This document shows positions 1-10,291 of a stretch of DNA of 64,000 nucleotides, piece by piece (position 1 is the stretch's first letter; every line of letters begins with the position of its first letter). Made by a program: the position numbers and the translations under genes. The DNA is taken from IMG/VR virus record IMGVR_UViG_3300032038_000006; one strand, written 5' to 3'. The stretch comes from a virus (taxonomy: Duplodnaviria > Heunggongvirae > Uroviricota > Caudoviricetes). The notes under the pieces were generated by a model. That model saw nothing but the letters and a program-made list of their open reading frames with translations, had not been told where the DNA came from and made no database searches.

Positions 1-35
1 AGTAGCCCCTACGCATTGATTTTGAAATCTAATAT

Positions 36-64
36 TTGACTTTTTTCAAAATTTATGTTAATAT
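36..64 (+). promoter_or_regulatory. sigma70-like promoter (variant -10 TAATAT)
   Basis: TTGACT n17 TAATAT. Confidence 0.45.
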
Positions 65-123
65 TATAATATAAGGTATGATACCTTATTTAAATAGTAT
101 TTTTTTTGGGAGGGATATAATAA

Positions 124-1284
124 ATGAGTACAGAAATGATATATCCAAATCCTCCATAGTTCTATGGAACCGATGGAGCAACTGGATTAGTCTCATATAT
201 CGGCGGCCCTAATATCGGATATTCAGACGGCGCGCCATTCGTTTCGGCGGCACTTCCTTGGGAACCCTTCCCTACAGCAAAAACTTCTGTGCCGCCAGTC
301 AATAAAAATGAGAAGATGTGGGGTATGACTTATGGATACTTCGCAAATAGGGGCGAAATTAAATCTGCTGAGGGAATAGAATCTCAGGAGCGTATGTATA
401 AGCTCAATAATAATTGGGTTTGCTTAACAATAGTAAACTACCAAGACACATATCATTCAACTCGAATTTATGCAGACCACTTGGCAACGCCAACGGAAGG
501 CGATATTAAAGAATTTGTCAGGGCGGCACATAAACGTGGGGTTAAAGTTTGCTTAAAACCAATGGTACATTCAAGAGATAATGTCTGGAGAGCCCATATC
601 GGCTTTCCAGACCTCAATATGGATGACCTCAATGCTTATTGGGGACCTTGGTTTGAAAGCTATAAAAACTTTATTCTCAGCTATGCAGAAATAGCACAAG
701 AATGTGGAGCAGAAATGCTATGTATCGGCTGTGAAATGCTTGGTACTGAGCACCGTAAGTATGACTGGGAATATATAATTAAAGAAGTCCGTCGTGTCTA
801 TAAAGGTAAAATTGTTTATAACACTAATCATGACCATGAAGATGACCAACAATGGTTTGAGCTTTGTGATTATCTTGGTACTTCTGCTTATTATCCAGTC
901 GGGGCAGAGTACCTTGACGGACCAGTAGATAATAGCTACGGCTCTCTTGTAAAAAGATGGTGGGAAATTCGTTATCGTCTTGATGCTATTGCTAAGGACC
1001 GCGGCAAACAATTCATCTTTATGGAAGTAGGATGTCGCTCAGTAATGAATGCTTCTGCTCATCCTTGGGACTTTACAGAAAGCCTTTCATATGATGAAGA
1101 TGAACAGTTGAATTTCTATATGTCTTGTATGGAAGTATTCAAAGATGACCCGTACTTTGCTGGAGTTTTCTGGTGGGATTGGCCGACATTCTTGCCAAAG
1201 AAGCATGGCGCTGATTTCTACATAATTGATAAGAAAGCAGAAGATTATCTCCAGCAATTCTATGGAGCGATGAATAATGTCTGA
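124..1284 (+). CDS. glycoside hydrolase-like (TIM-barrel GH26/GH113-like) protein; in-frame TAG at 157
   Basis: GGGAGG RBS plus ATG at 124. ORF is continuous through the TAG into the conserved domain. The track start at 289 is a GTG with no RBS. Confidence 0.55.
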
Positions 1285-1849
1285 TTTCACAAAAAAGTTT
1301 AAATATGACATCGGGGCTGAGCCTGGTAAAAAGGCCACCCCGAAAACATATACTTTTGAACCTAATGACGGAGAAAGGAAAGCAGAAATGACCTTTGACT
1401 TTTCTAATGTTAATGGTGATGAAGATAAACAAACGGTTTATCGTTTTATTGCAACATTAACAAGAGAAAAAGTCGAAGAGCTTGTTGCACGAGAATTTGC
1501 TCGCGGCAACATTAAGGTTTCTGACTCTAATGATGTTACTTACAAATGGGAGTATCTTCCTTATCACTACAACGAAACTTGGGCAGAGTATTGCGATTTA
1601 GTAGAGCAGGGACTTATAGGTCCAGAGTTTGTTTACTTTATTTATCGTGGTTATCACGACGAATCAGGTGTTAATTACGACACTATTACTTATAATGTTT
1701 TAAAACAACGTTATCCTGTGCTTCCCGAATGGGAAGAACGTCCTAAAGAACCTAATATGAATGAATTAATATATAAGATTGGTGTTTTGGAAAGACGAGC
1801 TGCTAATTTGGAAGATGCAATACTTGATGGAGAGAAAAGTCAATCTTAA
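1277..1849 (+). CDS. hypothetical protein
   Basis: ORF; ATG overlaps the upstream stop. Confidence 0.5.
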   Translation: MSDFTKKFKYDIGAEPGKKATPKTYTFEPNDGERKAEMTFDFSNVNGDEDKQTVYRFIATLTREKVEELVAREFARGNIKVSDSNDVTYKWEYLPYHYNETWAEYCDLVEQGLIGPEFVYFIYRGYHDESGVNYDTITYNVLKQRYPVLPEWEERPKEPNMNELIYKIGVLERRAANLEDAILDGEKSQS

Positions 1850-1853
1850 ATGA

Positions 1854-1882
1854 TTGACTTTTTCTTTTTCTTGTGGTATAAT
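1854..1882 (+). promoter_or_regulatory. sigma70-like promoter
   Basis: TTGACT n17 TATAAT, TGn. Confidence 0.6.
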
Positions 1883-1915
1883 GTTTACAGTAATCAAATT
1901 GGAGGAGAGGTATGA

Positions 1916-3034
1916 ATGAATTTTAATGAAAGACAAAAGAAAGTTATTTATGCTCAAGAGCCTAAAATACTATGCCTCGCAACCGCAGCTTGCGGAAAGA
2001 CAAGAGTTTTAACTGAGAGGATTCGAGTTTTAATAGAAGAAAAAAATGTTCTTCCACCAGATATTGTTGCAATATCATTTACTAATATGGCAGCCGATGA
2101 AATGAAACGTCGTATAGGCGGGGCGGCATCGGGAGCTTTTATTGGTACTATTCATTCTTATGGTAATAAGATTTGCACTATTAATGGTATTGATACTCAA
2201 AAATATCTTGATGATTATGACTTTGATGCTATCCTTCTAAGGGCAGTAAAGATACCTTCTTCAAAGTTTCCTAAGATTAAGCATTTACTTATTGATGAGT
2301 GTCAGGATTTAAGCCCTCTGGAATATCAATTTTTAATGAAAATTCCAACAGAAAATATCTTTTTCGTAGGAGATAACAGACAAGCTATTTACGGCTTCCG
2401 AGGTTGTACAGATGAATATCTAATTTCTATGTGGAAAGATACCGATTTCAAAAAATATTACTTAACTGAAAACTATCGCAATGCGCCAAACATTGTTCGC
2501 TTTGCAGAAAGCTTCTTGGACTCTTATACAAAGTTAAGCCCAAGTTCAATGCCAGTTAAGACGAGGGTGGGTATTCTTGAAGGAAAAGAAGAACGTATGC
2601 CGTTTATTGAAGCTCTTGAAGAACTGGAACTTTCACAGAACTGGGGCTCTTGGTTTATATTAACAAGAACCAACAATGAGCTTGCGGCGGCACAAGATAT
2701 TTTAAACAGTAGAAAAATTCCAAATGTCACCTTTAAAAAGGGAGACCTTGATTTGGATGAACTCGCGGCACTTTTAACAAGTAATCGTGTTAAGGTTCTC
2801 ACCATTCATTCAGCTAAAGGTCTTGAAAATAAAAACGTAATTGTTACAGGCGCACGTCTCTATAATGAAGAGGAACGTAAAATCTCATACGTCGCAGCAA
2901 CAAGAGCAGAGAACGCATTATACTGGTGTAATGCTATCGCTCCAAGAACTAAGAAAGGTCATAGAGCACTTCCGAAATCAGCCGAGGCGGGCAGAATCTT
3001 TGATAAGTCCACCACGGAGATGATTGAGTTTTGA
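1916..3034 (+). CDS. UvrD/PcrA-like SF1 helicase (short form)
   Basis: Motifs AACGKT, LIDECQDL, GDNRQAIYGFRG, NYRNAPNI, TIHSAKGLE, VAATRAEN. Confidence 0.7.
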   Translation: MNFNERQKKVIYAQEPKILCLATAACGKTRVLTERIRVLIEEKNVLPPDIVAISFTNMAADEMKRRIGGAASGAFIGTIHSYGNKICTINGIDTQKYLDDYDFDAILLRAVKIPSSKFPKIKHLLIDECQDLSPLEYQFLMKIPTENIFFVGDNRQAIYGFRGCTDEYLISMWKDTDFKKYYLTENYRNAPNIVRFAESFLDSYTKLSPSSMPVKTRVGILEGKEERMPFIEALEELELSQNWGSWFILTRTNNELAAAQDILNSRKIPNVTFKKGDLDLDELAALLTSNRVKVLTIHSAKGLENKNVIVTGARLYNEEERKISYVAATRAENALYWCNAIAPRTKKGHRALPKSAEAGRIFDKSTTEMIEF

Positions 3035-3531
3035 AAACGAAAGTATTATGTGATAATGAGGATTATGTAATAGAAATCGCTCTCGCGGCGCATATGGCTT
3101 TGGTAGAATGTAAAACTCCGATGTTTAATTTATCAGAAGGAGAAAAAGTTATTCTACTTGCTTTAGTCAAAAAGCAATTAAGAGAAGCGGGGTTTAAAGT
3201 AGATATTCCTACTGAATACTTCGCACAGGTCCCTATAATAGAGCCACGCACCTTTATTGGTTTAGCTGAGCCATTTGACGTGTTTGCGGTAGCATTAAAT
3301 TACTTATCCACATATGATGATTTAAGTAATCCAGATGATTACCTTGAAATTCTCGAAGAACTAAAGGAGCTTTATTCTGAACAAGAAATAATAAAAGGTG
3401 TAGTTTACACAGCTATTTTCCATACTCCAGTAAGAGGGGTTCGAGGATACTGTGCTCACATCACCGAAGAAAAATTAAGAATTGTCTTTTGGGGCTTCGA
3501 TGATTTAATTGAAAATGATATTTCAGTATGA
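3031..3531 (+). CDS. hypothetical protein (TTG start; alternative ATG at 3094)
   Basis: ORF only. Confidence 0.4.
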   Translation: MKTKVLCDNEDYVIEIALAAHMALVECKTPMFNLSEGEKVILLALVKKQLREAGFKVDIPTEYFAQVPIIEPRTFIGLAEPFDVFAVALNYLSTYDDLSNPDDYLEILEELKELYSEQEIIKGVVYTAIFHTPVRGVRGYCAHITEEKLRIVFWGFDDLIENDISV

Positions 3532-3645
3532 ATTTTATATAAGGGGTTATATAATTTTCTACTTAAATATATCGCCGTCTGCTAAACGGGCGGCATAAAT
3601 GCGTGTTCCCCTCATAGTCCGCAAGGACGAAAAGGAGGAATTTTA

Positions 3646-4518
3646 ATGAATAAGAAACTTAAAACATCAATTAAGATTGCGACAGCAGTCCTCGCGTCTG
3701 CTGTCGTGATTTGTTTTGCTACACCTCACATTGCTGGGTCTGATAGCAAAACAGCACACGGGGCAGATTTTCCTGTAAAGGCGGCCGTTGTTGCTACTTT
3801 GCCAGAAACAACAGCTACTGTAACCACAGGGACCACTACCACAACTTCATTCACAAGCACATCCACAACTTCTACAATCGCAAGCACATCCACAATAACT
3901 TCAGAAACTACAACAACTGTAGTAACTGAAGACTTCGCGGCCCCAGTAGAAACTCCTGCTGAACCTACTGAGGCGGCAACACAACCAGCAGAACCCCAAA
4001 GAGAATATGTTGTGTTTAAACCAAGCACTCATTATATACATAAGTCAACCTGTCGCTGGGTTGACAGCACTTGTTATGAAATCACAGATACTAAAGAAAT
4101 TGAATGTAGAAAATGTAGTGAATGTAATCCAGAAATAGAGATTATCAACAATTATGTCGAATCTACTCCTGTAGTTGCGAATAATACAGGAATAACAGAC
4201 TACGAAAGACAGCTTCTTGCTGAGATAACCTGCCATGAATATGGTTCAAATTGGGTATCAACAGCAGAGAAAGCAAAAATTGTTGCAGGAGTTATGAACC
4301 GTGTTTATAGCCCTGCTTATCCTAATGATATTTATTCAGTGCTAATGCAAGATGGTCAGTTCCACGGTTCTTGGGACGGCGGCCATGGATATTGGCCTGG
4401 ATGTATCACACCTAATGAAGACAGCTGGGCGGCAGTAGATTATTACTTCGCTCACCAAAATGAATTTGGAAGCTGGACTTCTTGGAGTGGCGACGGACAG
4501 TGGAATTATTTCTATTAA
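3646..4518 (+). CDS. secreted cell-wall hydrolase, SleB-like (Hydrolase_2) C-terminal domain
   Basis: Signal peptide, Thr/Ser-rich linker, and a C-terminus resembling SleB (VMNRV...FHG). Confidence 0.55.
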   Translation: MNKKLKTSIKIATAVLASAVVICFATPHIAGSDSKTAHGADFPVKAAVVATLPETTATVTTGTTTTTSFTSTSTTSTIASTSTITSETTTTVVTEDFAAPVETPAEPTEAATQPAEPQREYVVFKPSTHYIHKSTCRWVDSTCYEITDTKEIECRKCSECNPEIEIINNYVESTPVVANNTGITDYERQLLAEITCHEYGSNWVSTAEKAKIVAGVMNRVYSPAYPNDIYSVLMQDGQFHGSWDGGHGYWPGCITPNEDSWAAVDYYFAHQNEFGSWTSWSGDGQWNYFY

Positions 4519-4625
4519 TACCCATTAGAAAAGATATGTGATTGACTTGGCAACTCAATTGCGTAAGCGAGACAAGTAAAAAGGCAAAAACAGAAAATAT
4601 CGAAATGGGAACACGCAACCAAAAG

Positions 4626-4651
4626 GAGTAGTCAATGACTACTCTTTTTTT
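4626..4651 (+). terminator. rho-independent terminator
   Basis: GAGTAGT..ACTACTC followed by T7. Confidence 0.65.
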
Positions 4652-4657
4652 AATTAT

Positions 4658-4686
4658 TTGACTTTTTAAAATATTTGTGTTATAAT
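4658..4686 (+). promoter_or_regulatory. sigma70-like promoter
   Basis: TTGACT n17 TATAAT. Confidence 0.65.
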
Positions 4687-4714
4687 TTAATAAAAGAATA
4701 AAAAGGAGGAAGAA

Positions 4715-5251
4715 ATGATTAGTGATTTAATTCCCACTGTAAAAGTGGAAGTTCCTATGCCGCGGTGTCGTCAGCCAAAACCTGATTATAGTCCACAAAT
4801 ATCAACATTTCACGGTTATCCCATGTTTTCTTTTAGTGAACATTGGTATTACCAGTATAATGAAGATTTTTCTCCAATTGATGAAATAATAAAAGCTGAA
4901 TCTTTTATAGAACAGAAATACAATAGGGTAATAACTTTTTCTCTTTATGAGGATTTTTATTATCTTAGAACAAAAATTGGTATATTTGAGTGGAATGAAG
5001 GAACTCCTATTCATATCTGTTTTGTAGATATGCTCTCAATGCGTCATAGAGGATTAAATTATGAAGCTCTTGTCTGGATATATGAAGAATTAGAGGGGCT
5101 ACATAAGCCGAAGGAAGAGCCAAAGCCTAAGCCATCTTTCGGTAAGCTTCGTCCTGTTCCAACTTGCCCACGATGCGGCGGCAAGATTAATTTGGAGACT
5201 TTGAAATGTGAGTATTGCCAAACTGAATTTTATTATGAGGAGGGGAACTAA
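4715..5251 (+). CDS. hypothetical protein with C-terminal CxxC...CxxC zinc ribbon (paralog of 9752..10291)
   Basis: Strong RBS. The C-terminus PVPTCPRCGGKINL...CEYC is shared with 9752. Confidence 0.5.
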   Translation: MISDLIPTVKVEVPMPRCRQPKPDYSPQISTFHGYPMFSFSEHWYYQYNEDFSPIDEIIKAESFIEQKYNRVITFSLYEDFYYLRTKIGIFEWNEGTPIHICFVDMLSMRHRGLNYEALVWIYEELEGLHKPKEEPKPKPSFGKLRPVPTCPRCGGKINLETLKCEYCQTEFYYEEGN

Positions 5252-5799
5252 TGAGTGTATACATTTGTGCTGATGCAAATCTATTAACAGATGAGAAAAT
5301 CACACAGAAAGTAATTAAGAACTGGCGTTCGGTTATAAAACCAGATGATATTGCTCTTATTATCGGAAACTTTATCAATAAAGAAGCTGGTGAAGATAAA
5401 ATAAAAGAAGTCATATCGCAGCTCACGGGCACATTGGAGATAATCGACTATGGGGAAGACCTTCCATCAGGATTTTTTTCAAAAGAAAAATGGCTGAATT
5501 TTGGAATTTCACGAACCATTTGCGTCGGGGGATACACAATTGGCGAGATATGCGGCGAGGAACAGCCAGCTATTATTGCTGTAGAACCACGAAACTTCGG
5601 AAGTCATGAAGTAAAATACTATGCGGCGGCACAGTCTTTAAGTAAGAAAAAGGAAAGATTCAAAGACAATATCTTGAACCTCAGTATGGAACATTGGAAT
5701 TACACTCCGATACTTTATACTGATGTTGCGCGTATGATTGATGATGCAATCTTATTTGAGTCTATGAACAATGAAGAAATTAACCTAAGCGAGAAGTAA
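5251..5799 (+). CDS. hypothetical protein
   Basis: ORF; start overlaps the upstream stop. Confidence 0.45.
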   Translation: MSVYICADANLLTDEKITQKVIKNWRSVIKPDDIALIIGNFINKEAGEDKIKEVISQLTGTLEIIDYGEDLPSGFFSKEKWLNFGISRTICVGGYTIGEICGEEQPAIIAVEPRNFGSHEVKYYAAAQSLSKKKERFKDNILNLSMEHWNYTPILYTDVARMIDDAILFESMNNEEINLSEK

Positions 5800-5812
5800 T
5801 GGAGGGATTGAT

Positions 5813-6562
5813 ATGGGCGTAATAATTATGACAGATACTACTGATATACCGATTACAATGATTGGTGAATATGCAGGAGAATGTTGGGGAGCGAATACTA
5901 AAGACCACGAAAAGAATTATCAGCGAGGACTTGATTGTATCAAATGTAATCACGGCAGAACTATGGAGTTCCCGTAGGTTTATATGAAGATAACAGGTTA
6001 TTCAGCTCGTGTAATTCGTGAACTGTACACCCATATTGCTGGCGGCCCCACCCGTTTGCAAGCTTCTACTCGTTATATTGATTATGGAAATTTTGAGTAT
6101 GTAACTCCACCAAGTTTACAGGGGTCAGCATTGGCTGTTTATCAGAATATGATGAAGCAGATTTCTGATGCGGCGATACTTCTTGAAAAGACTTATAAAG
6201 TTTCAAGAGAAGACGTTGGTATGTTACTTCCTTTAGGTATGACATCAACTGTTGTTATCAGAACAAATCTTCGTCATTTAATTGATATGTCACATCAGAG
6301 ACTTTGTAGCAGAGCCTATTGGGAGTTCAGAAAGTTAATGAAAGAGATTATCGAAGCTCTTGCTTTTTACTCTGATGAATGGGCAACTATTGTTAAAGAG
6401 CTTAAATTATTTAAGCCTAAATGTGAAGTGCTCGGTTTCTGTCCTGAAGATAAGACTTGTAAGAGAAAGCCAATTAATGATGTGGCAACAAGAGATGCAT
6501 TACTTGCTCAATATCCATTTATAGTAGGAGTTGACTTAGCTCCAGAGGTGAATACCGAATGA
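5813..6562 (+). CDS. thyX: FAD-dependent thymidylate synthase ThyX; in-frame TAG at 5975
   Basis: GGAGGG RBS plus ATG at 5813. ThyX-like HG...EF and R..H...S..RY segments. The N-terminus is recovered only by reading through TAG. Confidence 0.65.
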
Positions 6563-7590
6563 TATGGATATTGGTTGTATTACTTGGTATCGTATGTGGC
6601 GGCATTACATATGCCGTCTGCGATATTTTATCGGTTAAGTCTCTTAAAGGTAAGTTAAAGTTTTCTTCCGAATAGGAGCAAGTTAAGAAAGGACTTATTG
6701 AGAAGAAAGATGCCGCCGTCAAGGAAATGACGGATGAAATCCAAAAGGAGATTGCGGGAAAACAGGCATCATTAAGAGAATACACCTCTATGCTCGACGA
6801 GAAGAAAGCCCAATATAATACCGATGTACAAAGACTTGACGCGCAATATATAGCGACTCGTGAAGAATATGCTAAAATGGATAGGGAAGCTGAACTTGAG
6901 CGTCAAAAAGAAAATGCTGAAATCGTTGCCGCGGCAACAGCAGAACGAGAAAAGAAGATAGCTGGTGTTCAGGCTCAATATGAGAAAGATAAGGAGCAGT
7001 TGGCTGTAAATTTTTAGACATTCAGCGACGAAATAAATTTGAAAAAGGCGGCGTTGACTGAAGAAATTAAAGCCTTTGAACAAAGACAGGCGGCAATCGT
7101 AGCTTAGTTTAAGAAAGATGAGGAAGTTCGTAAGCAACGTGACTTCTATCACATTACTCTTGATACTTTAACTCTTTCAGATATAGCTAAGTTAAAGTCT
7201 ATGGCACCTGGCTTCTCTCGTCCAGAAATCTTTTATAAACTTCTATATGAGACTTACTATAAAACTCAGATAGAGGAACTCTTTAAACGAGTTCTTGGTG
7301 ACAAGAAAGATAAGGGCGGCATTTATAAGATTACTAATATAAATGATGAAAAAGTTTATATTGGTAAAACAACAAAGTTTATAGACCGTTGGCGTACTCA
7401 TGCTAAGCGTGGCTGTAATATTGAACGAATAGCTGGTCAAATCTATGACGCTATGTTCAAAGAAGGTTTGGAGAACTTCACTTGGGAAATCGTAGAGGTT
7501 TGTCCAAAAGAAGAACAAACTGAAAAAGAAAAATACTGGATAGAATTTTATCACTCCGACCAGTATGGATATAATATCAGAAAGGGATAA
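6559..7590 (+). CDS. TM helix + coiled-coil + C-terminal GIY-YIG nuclease domain, one ORF if TAG (6673, 7015, 7105) is sense; GIY-YIG domain is 7201..7590
   Basis: No stop other than TAG between 6559 and 7590. Contains GIYKITN...YIGKT and YGYNI. Confidence 0.45.
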
Positions 7591-7598
7591 TCAATTAT

Positions 7599-7627
7599 TT
7601 GACTTTCCCTTTCTTTTATGATATAAT
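7599..7627 (+). promoter_or_regulatory. sigma70-like promoter
   Basis: TTGACT n17 TATAAT. Confidence 0.65.
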
Positions 7628-7659
7628 TTTTATATCAAAAGATGAAAGGAGAAATTCAA

Positions 7660-7740
7660 ATGGGACTTCTATTACTTGGTATAATTGTATATGTCTTTAC
7701 TAAAGCTGTCCTTGATGGTTTCTTCGATAACTTTAAGTAA
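7660..7740 (+). CDS. small hydrophobic peptide (26 aa)
   Basis: RBS AAAGGAG plus ATG, located after a promoter. Confidence 0.3.
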   Translation: MGLLLLGIIVYVFTKAVLDGFFDNFK

Positions 7741-7752
7741 GGAGGAAAGCGA

Positions 7753-8016
7753 ATGAGAGTAAGAATTTATCTCGATGGTTATAAGGATGTTGAAGCTTTC
7801 AGCAGAAAGTTAAACTTTTTAAATGATGAGAGCCGTATGGAGCTTGTCCATGGCAATGGCCGCTACAGAGTAGATGCGAGAAGCTTTCTTGGTGTTTTAA
7901 TGGCTCACGCTGAGTGGGGCGATGACATCTGGTTTGAAAGTGATAGCGACCTTTATTCTGTTATTGAGCCTTGGATAAATATCGAGGGCGGCGACGGCAA
8001 CTATATTCACGAATAA
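7753..8016 (+). CDS. hypothetical protein
   Basis: RBS AAGGAGG. Confidence 0.45.
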   Translation: MRVRIYLDGYKDVEAFSRKLNFLNDESRMELVHGNGRYRVDARSFLGVLMAHAEWGDDIWFESDSDLYSVIEPWINIEGGDGNYIHE

Positions 8017-8028
8017 GGAGAGATTTTT

Positions 8029-8739
8029 ATGGCAAGATTATTTGTCACAGGAGACACCCACGGTGGTCTCGATATGTCAAAATTAAATAGCCGCCATTTT
8101 AAATGTAATGAATTGACTAAAGAAGATATTCTTGTCATAATGGGAGACGCAGGTTTCATTTGGGCTGACAGTTCTCAGGAGAGATTTTGGCAAAAGTTCT
8201 TGAACGATAAACCTTGGACAACTTTTTGTGTTCTTGGTAATCACGAAAACTATGACAGAATTGAACAGCTTCCTACCACTACATTTGGCGGTGAAGAGTG
8301 TTATCAGGTTTCTGATTCTATCTATTACGCGATGACTGGAAAAATATATCATTTGTGCGGTCAGGATTGTCTTGTTATGAATGGGGCAGACTCACACGAT
8401 ATATTTATTGACGGTAAGCGTTATCGTCATCCACATACTTCTTGGTGGGAGCAAGAACAAATAACAGAAAAAGATGTTGAAATAGCTAAGACTAATCTTT
8501 CTTTCTATCGCGGTACAGTAGATTATGTCTTTTCTCATACTGGCGGCACAAAGATTTGTAACTTTCTTGGTTTCAAATCTACTGTATCTGACCTTATGCT
8601 TGATAAGGTTTTAAAGGAAACTATCTATAAACAGCATTATTGTGGTCATTACCACGTTGATAAGGTAACTCCAGACGGAATAATCCTTTACGATGATGTG
8701 CGTATGATTGCAGATGATAGTAAAGAAACAATTTTCTAA
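8029..8739 (+). CDS. calcineurin-like metallophosphoesterase
   Basis: Motifs GDTHG, GDAG, GNHE. Confidence 0.6.
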   Translation: MARLFVTGDTHGGLDMSKLNSRHFKCNELTKEDILVIMGDAGFIWADSSQERFWQKFLNDKPWTTFCVLGNHENYDRIEQLPTTTFGGEECYQVSDSIYYAMTGKIYHLCGQDCLVMNGADSHDIFIDGKRYRHPHTSWWEQEQITEKDVEIAKTNLSFYRGTVDYVFSHTGGTKICNFLGFKSTVSDLMLDKVLKETIYKQHYCGHYHVDKVTPDGIILYDDVRMIADDSKETIF

Positions 8740-8753
8740 GGAGGAGATTTATA

Positions 8754-9086
8754 ATGATGAATGGTAAGATTGCTGGTACATATCTTGGACTTGCAAAAAA
8801 TGGCGATGAATGGGTAATGGGAGTATAGCTTGTTATTGCAACTAAAGAGAAGCAATATCCCGTAGGCCCAATTATAGCACAAGACTTAAATGCAATCGCA
8901 GGTATTCTTCAGGCGGCAGATACACCAAACTGGGAAAATCTCAATGGACAGGTTGTTCAGTTTGATGTAGATGAGGGAGGTAGAGTTACAAAAATAGTCA
9001 ATTGTATTGACGATAGTCTCTTCCTTAATTTCTCAGAAGTAGCACCTGCCGAAGATACTTCTAATTAGGAAGAAAAAGAAGATTGA
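8754..9086 (+). CDS. hypothetical protein, in-frame TAG at 8826 and 9066
   Basis: RBS GGAGGAG plus ATG. Absent from the ORF track because of the TAGs; followed by a terminator. Confidence 0.45.
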
Positions 9087-9095
9087 TTTTAAGAA

Positions 9096-9126
9096 AGTCA
9101 AAGCTAAAAAAGCTTTGACTTTTTTT
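9096..9126 (+). terminator. terminator whose 3' arm carries the -35 TTGACT of the next promoter
   Basis: AAAGTCAAAGCT..AGCTTTGACTTT followed by T6. Confidence 0.6.
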
Positions 9127-9143
9127 ATATTTTATAGTATAAT
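9115..9143 (+). promoter_or_regulatory. sigma70-like promoter
   Basis: TTGACT n17 TATAAT. Confidence 0.65.
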
Positions 9144-9172
9144 ATTATTATAAAAGTAAAGGAGAGATTAGA

Positions 9173-9430
9173 ATGACGGGAACAAATAGAGTCCTCGCTG
9201 AACAGGCTTTGGCTTCACGTTTTCATCTTATGATTACAACAGTTAATGCCTACGGCGAAGAAATAGAACATTCAATTAAAATGAAGAAAAAAGATTTTCT
9301 CTCTCAGACAGCTAATCTCGATTTAAAGGTAAAGTTAGTCGAGGGCTATCCTGAAGGAGAAATGATGGAGAACTGGCTTTACATTTCCAAGACTGGTAAG
9401 TCAGCTTGGTTAAAGGAAAGGGAGGATTAA
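9173..9430 (+). CDS. hypothetical protein
   Basis: RBS. Confidence 0.45.
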   Translation: MTGTNRVLAEQALASRFHLMITTVNAYGEEIEHSIKMKKKDFLSQTANLDLKVKLVEGYPEGEMMENWLYISKTGKSAWLKERED

Positions 9431-9431
9431 T

Positions 9432-9752
9432 GTGGCTAATAAAGTTACACAGGAAGAGATAGAACTTATTAACGAGCTTTATTGTGAACTCAAAGTAAAG
9501 GCAAGAGTTGCTGAAGCTGTAGGGCGTTCAGTTAGTACAGTAAGCAAGTATATAATTCCTGACTACGTTCCTAAGTCACAGCGTATTCAGATAACTTTTG
9601 ATAAGGAAGCGAATGACTGTGGCGGCTTCATTGTGAAGATTAATGATTTAATCGCACAAGGTTGTGGCGTTCCTGAAGCACTCCTTAAGACTTGCTCTAT
9701 AGATGCAACTGAAAGAGCTGAACTTGAAGCTCTGAGAAAGGAGATATTCTGA
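9432..9752 (+). CDS. HTH DNA-binding protein (GTG start)
   Basis: GGGAGG RBS; helix-turn-helix-like segment RVAEAVGRSVSTVSKYI. Confidence 0.45.
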   Translation: MANKVTQEEIELINELYCELKVKARVAEAVGRSVSTVSKYIIPDYVPKSQRIQITFDKEANDCGGFIVKINDLIAQGCGVPEALLKTCSIDATERAELEALRKEIF

Positions 9753-10291
9753 TGAGATGTGTTAAAACTAATGACGAAGCTATTCATGAGATAGTTACAT
9801 TCAATGGCTATCCAGTAGTTCAAATGGGACAGTGGCCATATAGAGAAGATTATCCTGCAACTATGGTCTGTGGTCTTAGCCATCATCAGCAAATGGATAG
9901 GGTAGAGGAATTTGTATTAAGAGAATATGATAGAAAAATAAAATTTTTTCAACAGCTTAATCTTTTCGATGAAAAACTTTTTATTCTCATCTACTGGGAA
10001 AAGAAATTCTATTCCTATAAGATACCTTGGAGAAATACTTTCTCTGTTGGACGAGCTCCTTTCCCTGAGATGTACGGAGACAGTTGTTTTGGAGGGGAAG
10101 CTCTTCTTATTGACCTATGTAAAGACTGGGTTAAGAGAATTAGAAAGCCAGGAGATGGGGAAAAGAAAATACCTGTGTTACAAGGCCTCAAGCCTGTGCC
10201 TACTTGTGAACGTTGCGGCGGCACAATTAATTTAAGCACAATGAGTTGTGAATATTGTAACACAAAATATTATGTGGAAGGAGTATTTTAA
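9752..10291 (+). CDS. hypothetical protein with C-terminal zinc ribbon (paralog of 4715..5251)
   Basis: Shared C-terminal motif. Confidence 0.5.
   Translation: MRCVKTNDEAIHEIVTFNGYPVVQMGQWPYREDYPATMVCGLSHHQQMDRVEEFVLREYDRKIKFFQQLNLFDEKLFILIYWEKKFYSYKIPWRNTFSVGRAPFPEMYGDSCFGGEALLIDLCKDWVKRIRKPGDGEKKIPVLQGLKPVPTCERCGGTINLSTMSCEYCNTKYYVEGVF

Noticed and set aside
289-1284. ORF-track start at 289 for the first gene
   Set aside because: GTG with no RBS. An ATG with a GGGAGG RBS lies in frame at 124 with a single intervening TAG.
6727-7017. Stand-alone ORFs ending at TAG (6727..7017, 13609..13851, 48281..48592)
   Set aside because: Each continues in frame past the TAG into conserved sequence and lacks its own RBS and start. 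Interpreted as segments of longer TAG-containing genes.
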